From the human T2T-CHM13v2.0 reference genome, Homo sapiens, in NCBI RefSeq assembly GCF_009914755.1, contig NC_060938.1: 64,000 nucleotides of DNA, one strand, 5' to 3'. Position numbers and translations under genes: made by a program. The notes beneath the pieces are model-generated. The model was given only the letters and a program-made list of their open reading frames with translations. It made no database searches and was not told where the DNA came from. Numbering within the stretch: the stretch's first letter is position 1; each line of letters starts with the position of its first letter. This document shows positions 12,641-23,346 of this stretch, piece by piece.

Positions 12641-12829
12641 GTTAACAGATGGATTTAAAGTATTTGCAAATCTTGAAGAACTCTATTATTAAGAATAAAC
12701 AATTTCTATCCTCCAAGTTCAAGAAAGAAGTAAGGTAGATTACCATTTCTTTGGTCATGAATCCAAGTCTTCATCAGAACTGCTTTTAAACCTTCTCAGT
12801 CTTTCAGTAACAACTTGTCTTCCTTAATC

Positions 12830-13035
12830 AGACAGCCCACCAGCAACCCCCTGGCTCCAGTGGCCATGCTTGTGAGTGTCTGAAAGGTCAACCAGTCTCT
12901 CAACACTACTGCTTCTAAAAGCCTGCACATCCTTGAACTCTGTACTTCCCCAAACCCTGTATAAAATCGTCAGTTTCTTTGTTCAGAGATAGTATGCCTT
13001 ACAACTGTAGCTCTTTCTCGCTTGCTAAGCAATAC
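12830..13035 (+). mobile_element. Old LTR fragment, family not determined, probably continuing at 13418-13480
   Basis: CCCCAAACCCTGTATAAAA (TATA), then TTCTTTGTTCAG and CTTGCTAAGCAATA, which is typical U3-R order. Cut by the MST insertion. Confidence 0.5.
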
Positions 13036-13417
13036 TGATAATGGTTGCCTCTGAGTCTCCACCCAAATCTCATGTCAAATTATAATTTCCAGTTTTGAAG
13101 GAGGGGCCTGGTGGGAGGTGATTGAATCATGGGGGCAGACTTCTTCCTGGCTGTTCTTGTGATAGAGTTAGCAGGAGATCTGGTTGTTTCAAAGTGTATG
13201 TGCTTCCCCCTTTGCCCTCTCTCTTCCTCCTGCTCTAGCTAGCCATGTGAAGACTGTGCTTTTCTTTGCCTTCCTTCATGATTGTAAGTTTCCCGAGTCT
13301 TTTGCAGCCATGTCTCCTTTACAACTTGCAGAACTGTGAGTCAATTAAACCTCTTTTATCCATAAATTACCAAGCCTCAGGTAGTTCTTTATAGCAATGT
13401 AACAATGAACTAGTATA
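13036..13417 (+). mobile_element. MaLR solo LTR (MSTA-like)
   Basis: TGATAATGGTT...CCACCCAAATCTCATGTC...GGGGCCTGGTGGGAGGTGATTG...ACTGTGAGTCAATTAAACCTCTTTT...CTCAGGTAGTTCTTTATAGCA. Confidence 0.93.
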
Positions 13418-13664
13418 AATTATTTCTGCTTTGATTTCATATATTGACACTACTTAATGCCTTTATTATTGTACATTTTCCCTGCCTTTATTTTCTAAAA
13501 TATTTAATAAGCACCTACTTTAAGAAGCCTATCTCAGTATGGCCCAAGGACACAGAGACTTGTTCTATTATATGTGGGAGTTGACCCAGAAATTCATCTA
13601 ATGGATCATATGGATACTAAAATACTTTAACTGAACATGTGTTTCATAAATGAATGAGTGCAGG

Positions 13665-13930
13665 AGAACTAACAGTTGTTAAGTGTTTACAATGATTAAG
13701 TGTATTAAATGATTACAATGATTAAGTGTAATGTTAAGTGATTAAATTATGTGAAATACTAGATTACACTAGTTATTTCACATAATTTAATTTCATTAAA
13801 CATCACAGCAGTACCCTAAGGACTTGTTTTGCAAACAAGAACTACTATACCAAAGGCTTTGTAACTTTCTCAAAGAAGAGGTGAAGCAACAATGTGGTTT
13901 CATTTTTGGCTGGCTTCAGAGTGGGTGGTC
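13665..13930 (-). mobile_element. MIR fragment with an internal micro-duplication
   Basis: Degraded antisense MIR (TTTTGCAAACAAGAACTAC...GTAACTTTCTCAAAG). Confidence 0.5.
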
Positions 13931-14269
13931 TTGCCCATTTAGGGCCTGCAATCTTCAACATCCAAGCATACCTTAGGAAGGCTTGAAATGAGAGTAACTC
14001 TGCCCAGACATGGTGAGGAACTTCTCTGTTGTTAAATATAAAGCTGAAATGTAGCCATGTAAACTTTCAGACTGGGAATCTGAAGCAAATCTCACACTAG
14101 AGTATGTACATACATTTGCTGATAACACTAGATATTTAAAACAATATAGTTTTTCTCTAATACTTTATTTGTATTAAATGTTATTTTTATAGAATTATAA
14201 ATTATCGTTTTCCACATTTTAACTTGAAAGGAATATATAGAAAATAATTAGTCCTTAGGGAGTATGTAT

Positions 14270-14445
14270 ACTGATATTTATTAAGCAACTACTTACCATT
14301 TACATGTTTTATTCCAATAATCCTCTGTGACTGAAAATTGCATAATTTATATTTCAGGGCTAAGAAAACTGAGGCATGAGGTGGTTATGTAAATTCCTCC
14401 AGGAACTTATATATAGTATGTGGCAAAACCAAAATGATAACATTT
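14270..14445 (-). mobile_element. MIR fragment
   Basis: AAGAAAACTGAGGCATGAGGTGGTTATGTAAATTCCTCCAGG is the antisense MIR core. Confidence 0.75.
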
Positions 14446-14469
14446 GTTCTGTTTTAAAATTAACATTTT

Positions 14470-14774
<305 letters not shown>

Positions 14775-15754
14775 TAAAATTAACCTTTCATAAATACTTA
14801 TAAATAAAATAAACAAATGGATAAAAGAAGTCTTGACAAGGTTCTGAACACTTTTCAGCAATACTTCCTTATAGTTAAAAGCAAATAAATTTTTCCTTTT
14901 GGTCAAATATCAAAATTAATAGAAAGATGCTAGAGATTTATGTGTATTCTTCCCAATTTAAGATTGAAAATGTCCTCTTCTTAATTATTTCTCATTGTAA
15001 TTAAAGCTTAAGTAAGCCACACTCAAAATTACATATCCATTTCACAGAGAAGTATCTGAGAATGAGAAAGTCAATTTTGATGCTTGACATAATCTCAAAA
15101 ATGCTAATTAGTTTTATGTAACACCTTCTATTTACTTCTCTTTACTGTTAACATGTTGATAAAATCTTCATCATTTGCAAAATTAGGAAATATAGAAATC
15201 ACTCATTTTTATAAGAAACTGTATCAAGTTATTGAACTGTAGCAATGAGTAATTCTCATTTCTTATCCTCTGACTTTTGGAGTTCCACTCTCAAAAAACT
15301 ACTTGCTGAAATTTGCAAGAAATAGTACTAACAGCCTGACTATACCAAAAAGGGAAAACAGTAAAATAATTTGTTCCTTTGTTGCTCTGAGTCGTTTGAA
15401 GTAAGTCCTCTGGGACATAGCACTAAGCATCAACTTTGCTTGTAGGCTTTAATATGACAGGATCAAAGAGCTTATTAGAATGAATTACTTGAGAGGACTC
15501 AATGGTTGTATTTCCCTAGCCTAGAAAAACAAACCAAAAGAAAGGCAGAAAACAATCCCTAAATCATAAGGGAACAGATTAGGAGCCACCGTGCTCCAGC
15601 TTAGTTCAATCAGATGGCAGGACAATATGTTGATGATTATAATCTCTTACATATGCTCAACCTCACTGAATTGTTAACAAGCTCTCTACAGTATTTAAAC
15701 ACACTTGACAGCTTTATGAACAAATTTTAACAAACAATGAGAATACTATTGAAA

Positions 15755-16685
15755 ACATTTATATTTTGAAATAATTTTAGATTGACAAGAAGAATCACAA
15801 CAGTTATACAGAGTTCGTTTACGTCTTCACCCAGCTATGGCTAGTATTATCTCTTTACATAATCATGATATATTCACGAAACCTAAGGAATCAACAATGA
15901 TAGGATGTTTATTAACTAAACTACAGGTTTATTTCAGAATTCACCAGATTTTGCACTAATGTCTTTTTTCTTGTCCACGATGCAACTTAGCATAACACTT
16001 TGTCACAACGTATTGCCTCAACCTCCACCAAACTGAAAATTTCATGCTCTTTTTTGTTTGTTTGTTTGTTTGTTTGGTCTTTCATGACCTTGACACTTTT
16101 GAAGAGGCTTGGTCAGTAATTTTATACAATGTCTCTTAGTTTTGGTTTGTCTGATGTGTTTTCATGATTGCACAAGGATTATACATTTTGAGGGACACTA
16201 TTTCGCTGAGAGTAAGTTGCCTCTCTCATCGCCTATCAGCCGGAGGATGACAACAATACAACTTATTATTGATGTTGTTAACCTTGATCACTTGGATAAT
16301 GTGCTGTCTGATGGTATCCTAAGTAGTCACTAAATTTCTCTTTCCATAATCTATTCCTTAGATTTCAGTTTTTAAATCCAGTAGGAGTGTGAAAGAATCC
16401 ACAGTCAAATGTTAAAACCACCAGATTAAGTAATAAATATTTTGGAAAAAATGCATTGAGGCTAGGCAAATATCCTGTTACTCTTTAACCTTTGCCCACT
16501 GATTTTTATCATACATCAATTGCCTGGAAGAATTATTACATGCTGGTTTAATGATGATTCTCTATTTTTCTCTTCCATTTCACATGTATTATTTGCAGTT
16601 CTTCTGTAAAAAAGATTCGGTCCTTTTCCCTTATTTATTAATCCTTTATTTACTCAATCATTTATTTATGTCAGTATAGATATGT
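15755..16685 (-). mobile_element. L1MC-class 3' UTR fragment
   Basis: TATTTTGAAATAATTTTAGA...TATTAACTAAACTACAG...TCTTTCATGACCTTGACACTTTTGAAGAG...GATGTTGTTAACCTTGATCACTTGG. Confidence 0.85.
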
Positions 16686-17321
16686 ACTATTAAACTCACA
16701 CATTAATTAATATTTGTGTTTTATGTTAGGGACTTGGTACAATTTATCTTTATTACCACTATTAACCATTTAATAAATAGCTATGATGTACTTAACACTA
16801 CATACTTTATTTTGAAAAATCTATTATAGTTTATAGGAATTATATTAAGCAAGAGGAAATAAAAACACAAAATCAAATTATCACCTTCCACTTGGCATTC
16901 AAAGGAAAGTTCTTCAGTGTTTTTCTACTTTTCCCCCTAATGCCTTAAGGGGAGTCAAAAATTTGTTTCTATTTTTTATGAAAAAGGAAAGCCTAGGCAG
17001 AAAACATGGAAAATAAATTGAGAATCAAAATTTCAGAGTAGGTAAACATGAGAAGTTTCAAAGTGAGGAAAGGGTTAAAATACAAGAGGAGAAAGATAAC
17101 CAGGGTTCATTTCCTTTCATTTCATGTATAACATAAAGGCCCAAGAATGAGGAATTGTCTAAATAAATTATGATAACCCATAGGATGAGATATTACACAG
17201 TCATTCAAATAATGCTTTTAAAGAATGTGCAACTGAATGGAAAAGGTCACAGAATAAAGTAGAGAAAAACAAACAAACAAATAATGGCAGGATAAAAAAG
17301 ACACACACGAGTCTAACTTGA

Positions 17322-17706
<385 letters not shown>

Positions 17707-17749
17707 AAATATGTACTTAAAAAAAAAAATCACTAAATGATCCTCAACA

Positions 17750-17935
17750 CCTAGTCTATCACAGTGCCTAGTCGCCTACTTGGCATCTACTGAATTAATT
17801 ATTGAATACAAGAAAATATTAATAGTGGTTATGGCTGGGCAGTGGAATAGTTGATGACTTCATATTTCTTCTTTATGTTCTTTGTGTATTTTCCAAGCTT
17901 TATATTCTGAACATATATTATTTGGCATCTCAAGA
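17750..17935 (+). mobile_element. Short L2 3' end followed by an L1ME-type 3' end
   Basis: CACAGTGCCTAG...TATTGAATA (L2), then AAAATATTAATAGTGGTTAT...TTTCTTCTTTATG...TGTATTTTCCAAG (L1ME). Confidence 0.6.
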
Positions 17936-18059
17936 AGAAGTTGCAGTTAAAATAAAATTAAACAACAGTTGGTCTTCAACTGTCCTCCAACTTGCAAAAG
18001 TGACTCTTGAGAAGTGTTTTGCTACTGTATCAACTAGAGATTATTTTTAGAAAGAAAAA

Positions 18060-18430
18060 ATATTTAGAAAAAAATCCTAAATTAAAACCGAACTGTTCTA
18101 ATTAATCAACCTGAGAACTTGGCCGCTCAATACCAATGGTGTAGGTCACCTGAAAAGCAAACAGAATAATTGTAACTGCTTTAGGAGTCTTTGAAGTTAT
18201 AGATTAAGCCAGTGGGAAATTAGCCAGATTGCCATTATAGCTGAAAAGTGCCGGAAGGCCTCGGCAGCCAGTGTAATTATGCAAGCTTTGTGAGCCTTGA
18301 AAATTTTGTGATTGTAATGTGTGCTCTTAGCCTTCATAAAGTTCTCCACCAACCTGCATTCTTTAAACTGCTGTCTGGCCCAAGGCTGAGCGATAAATTA
18401 GGAGAGAAAAACAAATATTATAGCAAACCT
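18060..18430. promoter_or_regulatory. Candidate conserved non-coding element / developmental enhancer
   Basis: Repeat-free, with RBPJ, ETS, TCF, POU/homeodomain and nuclear-receptor half-site motifs within ~250 bp. Function is inferred only. Confidence 0.45.
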
Positions 18431-19189
18431 TTCCTTCATATCAGGAGTTTCTTTACCCCTTGTGTTCCTAAAGGCTGCTGGGGTAGACATGTACTTCACT
18501 CTTTAGGGACCAAGGTGGTGTGGAGACACTGCCCTTCCCATGAGGCTTTTCTTACAGGGCAGACACAGGCACCACACAGCTGTGTCTAATTATGGCTGGA
18601 AGTTCTATTTAAAAAGAGGCCAGCTGGGTGTAGACAGGGGTCATTGATAAGATTGGGGACCCGTCATAGTCTAGTAAAAATTCAGGGCAGTGTTCAGAGG
18701 GGTGGGAGAGGTGAGTCCCAAATGGTGCTTTGATAATTGTCTTAAGTAGATATGTTTGGGGCCCTCTTGACAATGAATGCTGCTCTAAACTCAAATGCTG
18801 CCCAGATGTGAAATGAGAAAGAAAGTACTGCCGTGGTGTGAACACGGACCTTTATTTAAGTAGTGAAATAAGTAAGAGAAGGGTGCAAACAGGGGAGACA
18901 TATAATCAAAATGCCTTTACATTCGTACAAGGGCAGAACCATAAGTGAAGAATAAAAGATGACCTCAGAAAAAAGACTTTTGTTTCCATTTGAAGGCTCT
19001 TCCTTGGAAGGTAACAGGACTCCAGGGAGAAGGAGACTTGGCTAAGAACAAGCATATTCCAACAAACTCAAGGAGTAAAATTTGTCTTATGTGTGACCTT
19101 TGATTCTTCTGCAGATTCCTTGCCAAAGACAGCATTTCAGACAAGGAGCATCTGGTTTGGAGTATCTGACAAAAATATTGTGTAGAGGA

Positions 19190-19367
19190 CAGTGGCCTTA
19201 AAATTTGAGGGGCAGAAATCACATTAAGAATTTAGTAAAACTATTGATTACTACCTCCCATGCAAATTTTCCCATTCACACAAAATGCATTATTCAGGGG
19301 GTTTAGACGTTCCCCTGACACTCTACTAAGGCACTTGGACCCCTGAGCCCTAGTTTAATAATCACTG
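19190..19367. mobile_element. hAT-Charlie-type MITE (family not determined)
   Basis: CAGTGG...CACTG termini and internal CACACAAAATGCATTATTCAGGGGGTTTAGAC...TGGACCCC. Length ~180 bp. Confidence 0.65.
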
Positions 19368-20483
19368 ATGTAGAAGTTGATGACAAGTAATTTCTAATAA
19401 TGTTTTCTCCTAGGAGCTAAAGGAAATTCTCAAAGCTCTCAACTACCTTAGCTTGATTCTTTAAGAGAAAGATAGAATCTATTTTTTGCCAATAGGCACA
19501 CCAAATGTATACAAAAGGTTATTTGGCAGTGATCCAAGTCTGAGAAATGCAGCCATCAATTTACTATCCTATGTTCAAACAGCTATTGTTCCCTTCCAAT
19601 CTACTAGTTGGTTTGTAAAATGATCAAGGAACTTTTAGAATTGGTGGAATATGTCTGTGGAGGCAAGAATATTCAATTCACCAAAGAAACCTAGGGATGC
19701 TCTTTCCTAATGTTTTGATATATCATCACATAGTGTAAACACAAAGCTGCACAATTCTAAAACCCTTTAATTAAAATAACTGAAAATATTCTCAGAATTA
19801 CAAAAGGAGCAATTATTTTAAAAGAGTTGATGTATTCACATTTAAGTTTTGTATTTGTATGAAAAAGATAAAGTATTGTCAACTATTAAAAAAACACAAT
19901 ATCTAAAAGAATTTTCAAAACTCCATTGATAGGACTTTCAAAAATAATATGCATCACAAGTTCATATTTGAATATAAATATTTCCATAGCCCCAGTGCAA
20001 ATTTTAAAAATAATATCCTTATTCTGCTTTCTTCACTGCATTCAACTGTCTTCCTTTATGTTAGTTAGAGATAAATGCCCTTAGCAACTTTCCTAAAACT
20101 TCTCTATGAGCATTCTCCACTATCCCCAAAGGAATTGTAGAGTTTACAGAATATCTATTTAACCTTGGAATCTGACTTATTTTATACATATGTGTACACA
20201 CACATACATATACACATGCACGCACATTTTTATTGATATTACCATTCAGTTTCATCATAATATTTATCATTTAATTCTCCGGGCATTTCAGTTTGCTCCA
20301 TAGAGACTTGGAGAAGAGAAAAAATTCTTGAATACGTATCTCAGCTTGGTGTTTTAAGAGAAAGATAGAATCTGCTTTTTTCCAGATAGGATCTATTTTT
20401 TACAGACAGACACCAAGGCAAAGAGAAGTCAAATGTTGATGAAGGTTATTTGGTAGCAACTCAAGACTAAGAAATGAGTATTC

Positions 20484-20780
20484 TCAGATGAGGGTGTTTT
20501 CCCCATCCAGCTTCCCTTTTCAAGGCTAGTCCCTTCCTCAAGCTGATGAGCATGTCAGCTGCTGAATGTTGATAGCTGAGCCATGTGTTGAGTTGTCCAA
20601 GATGATGGCACATCCCAGGGGTCAGCTTTGGCCAATGACTGACATAGGCAAGGACACAAAGGACCAACCCTCCTCCCTCTTTCCTCACTTTGTAAAAACT
20701 CCAAAGGGTCACTCAGCCCAAGAGCTGCCCATAGAATCAGCTGAATCTTCAACTGCAATTGGAATTTGCTTGCTTTTCAT
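20484..20780 (+). mobile_element. ERVL solo LTR (LTR16C-like), 5' part
   Basis: CAGCTGCTGAATGTTGATAGCTGAG...GGCCAATGACTGAC...CAGCCCAAGAGCTGCCCATAGAATCAGCTGA. Preceded by the TSD TATTC (20479-20483). Confidence 0.75.
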
Positions 20781-20849
20781 GGTCCAACCCAATTTCTCTA
20801 ACCTTTTGTGGGATTTATATACAATTTACATTTATAAAACTTTAAACTT

Positions 20850-21196
20850 TCTTTTTTAACAGCTTTTTAAAGGTATAATTGATGTACAAAGAACTGCACC
20901 TGTTTAATGTGTGCAGTTTGATGACTTTGAACATATGCACACACCCATGATATCATCTCAATCAAGGAAACAAATATATCCAACACCTTCCAAAGTTCTC
21001 TTGTGTTGTCTTCATTGTTTTTTGGGGTGTGGGGGGAGGAGGGAAGTTGATAAGAATATGTAGCAGGCGATCTATCCACTTCATAAATTTTCAAATGCAC
21101 CATATCATGTTGTTCACAACAGGCACTATGTCGTACGGCAGATCTCTGGAATTTATTCCACTAGCATAACTGAAACTTCATACCCATCGAACATCA
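20850..21196 (-). mobile_element. L1MB/late L1MA-class 3' end
   Basis: CAGCTTTTTAAAGGTATAATTGATGTACAAAGAACTGCAC...GCAGATCTCTGGAATTTATTC...GCATAACTGAAACTT. Confidence 0.85.
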
Positions 21197-21199
21197 TTT

Positions 21200-21660
21200 A
21201 TGTGTCTTTATCTTAACCAATGTATAGCATTATAAAAATGGACCTAAAGACTTTATTTAGATTTCAGTGCTTCTCACTGGTGTTACTTTGTTCTTCCAAG
21301 ATCCAATCTAGGAGATCACATTGCATTTAGTCATCCGGTCTCTTTAGTCTCCTCTAATCTGTGATGATTTCTCAGGCTTTCTTTGTTTTTAGTGAACTCA
21401 ACAATTTTAAAGAGCCTTGACCAGGTATTTTGTAGTATTTTTCTCAATTTGTGTCTAATATTTTCTCATAAATCAGTCTGAGGTTAACCAATGAAGCAAA
21501 ATTATCTCCGAGGGGAAGTGCTTTTCTCACTGCATCTTCTGAGGGGTACATGATATCTGCATGACTTAGCAGTGGTGACATTGACTTTGGTCATTTGCTG
21601 AAAAGCTGAAAGTAGCATCTGCCAGGTTTTTCCACTGTAGAATTACTGTTTCTCCACCTT
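21200..21660 (-). mobile_element. L1MC-class 3' UTR fragment
   Basis: GACTTTATTTAGATTTCA...CCAAGATCCAATCTAGGAGATCACATTGCATTTAGTC...TCTGCCAGGTTTTTCCACTGTA. Confidence 0.82.
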
Positions 21661-21749
21661 CTAGCTCTCTCCTGAAAGCACCTCCCAATAAAATTCTGAC
21701 ATACAATTCTCAGTCTCAGAGAATGTTTCTACAGGACCCAAATTAAGTA
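21661..21749 (+). mobile_element. LTR16-like solo LTR, 3' part
   Basis: AGCACCTCCCAATAAAATTCTGACATACAATTCTCAGTCTCAGAG...GGACCCAAATTAAG. Followed by the TSD TATTC (21750-21754). Confidence 0.72.
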
Positions 21750-23059
21750 TATTCCAACATTTACTCATCTTTCTTCAACCAATATCCTCAAAACACAAAA
21801 TTGCTGAATAAGTTAGCCACTGAAATTCAATTTTGCTAACAAATATAGAATAGGAAAAATGTAATTACAATTAATATGAATTTTGTAGTCATGCTAATGT
21901 TACACAAGGAATATACACTTTTACAAAATTCACCAGCTAAGTTACCTTCACGGAACAGCTTTAATTCAAGGAGCTTATAGAAATAACCACATATATTAAA
22001 TAGCCACATTCACATTATCATTTACCTTTATGTTGATCCTGGTGGTGGCCTAATGCACAAAATGCATGCAACTTCTATCATATATAGAACCTGCCCAAGG
22101 ATCTACATTTTTATGTTCACCAATTGTCCAAACTACTAATTAGCCACATTAGAAATTCACACATTCCACTCTGAATCCTTTTGAACCAATCAGTGAAATC
22201 ACACTTTACGAAAATCACTATCATTAGTAGAATTTACAGTGAACATTAATGGATCCGACATTCATGTCTTTGCCACATCAAGATTTCCATTGGAAAAAAT
22301 CTCTGATAAAGCTCACCTAACTGTATAAAATTGCTGTCACTTCAATTTCAATGACTGTTCCTTTATATTCAGTAAAGAAATATTTATTCAAGGAGAATAA
22401 AGCTAGTAATTTTTTTCCCTCAACTTTCTTTATACAAAGTGAATGTTTTCTAAGAAAAATTCTCAAATTCTCCCTGGCTTATCACATACCCACATTGTGC
22501 TATGTGACTGTATCTGTCAAATTTTGAGTTATAGGATAAACTCTCTATTTTCTTCTCATAACTAAATTATCTGTTCTGATTGTGAAGAAAGTGATGCTTT
22601 TTAAAACGTATTTTAGAAAGGCAGTAGTATCTAGTCTCAAAAACAAGCTACCTTCTATTCTAAAAAAAAAAGAACTCTACTTGGTACTTTTTATTAAAAA
22701 AAAAACTCAGGAAAGGTGATGATTTAGATTATAAGCTTTGATGACGTTTACTGCAATCACCTCAGAAGACAAAACATCCTTCATTTTTGTAGGCAAAATC
22801 TTTGAGACAAGTGATGCCGTTGTACATATCATGTGTGATCATGATACCAGGTTATTCTTTCTTGACAGAGGACACAAATCCTCAATTGTCTCCCCCGCAG
22901 CATGACAGGGTCATTATCACTATAAATTGATCCACATGTATCAAGTCAAAATAAAAGTCTCTTCAGAGACTGAACAGACTGGTTTCCTTCATATGTCAAT
23001 GGAATGGCCCAGGGAGCCACGTGGCTTTTGGCATCTCATTGATTTCTTTGTGTCACTGC

Positions 23060-23346
23060 TGGAATGTTACCTTATCTCTGAGGACTACCTTAAAGATTAA
23101 AAATATCACTCTTCCCCAAAGCTACTCTCTATCCCCCCTTCTTGCTTAATATTCTCTACAGCACTCATTGCTATGCTGATGGACTCTATTTTGCTTGTTT
23201 TAAAAATGTCTGTCTCCTTGTTCTAGAATGACACCTACATGAGGACAGAGAGTTCTTCCTTTTGTTCATGCTATATCTCTAGTGCCTGGAACAGTGAATG
23301 ACACATACAGATATTTCATGAGTTTTAATTAAATACTTGGATAAAT
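23060..23346 (+). mobile_element. L2a 3' end
   Basis: TGTCTGTCTCC...CTAGAATG...CATGAGGACAGAG...TTTTGTTCATGCTATATCTCTAGTGCCTGGAACAGTG. Confidence 0.85.
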
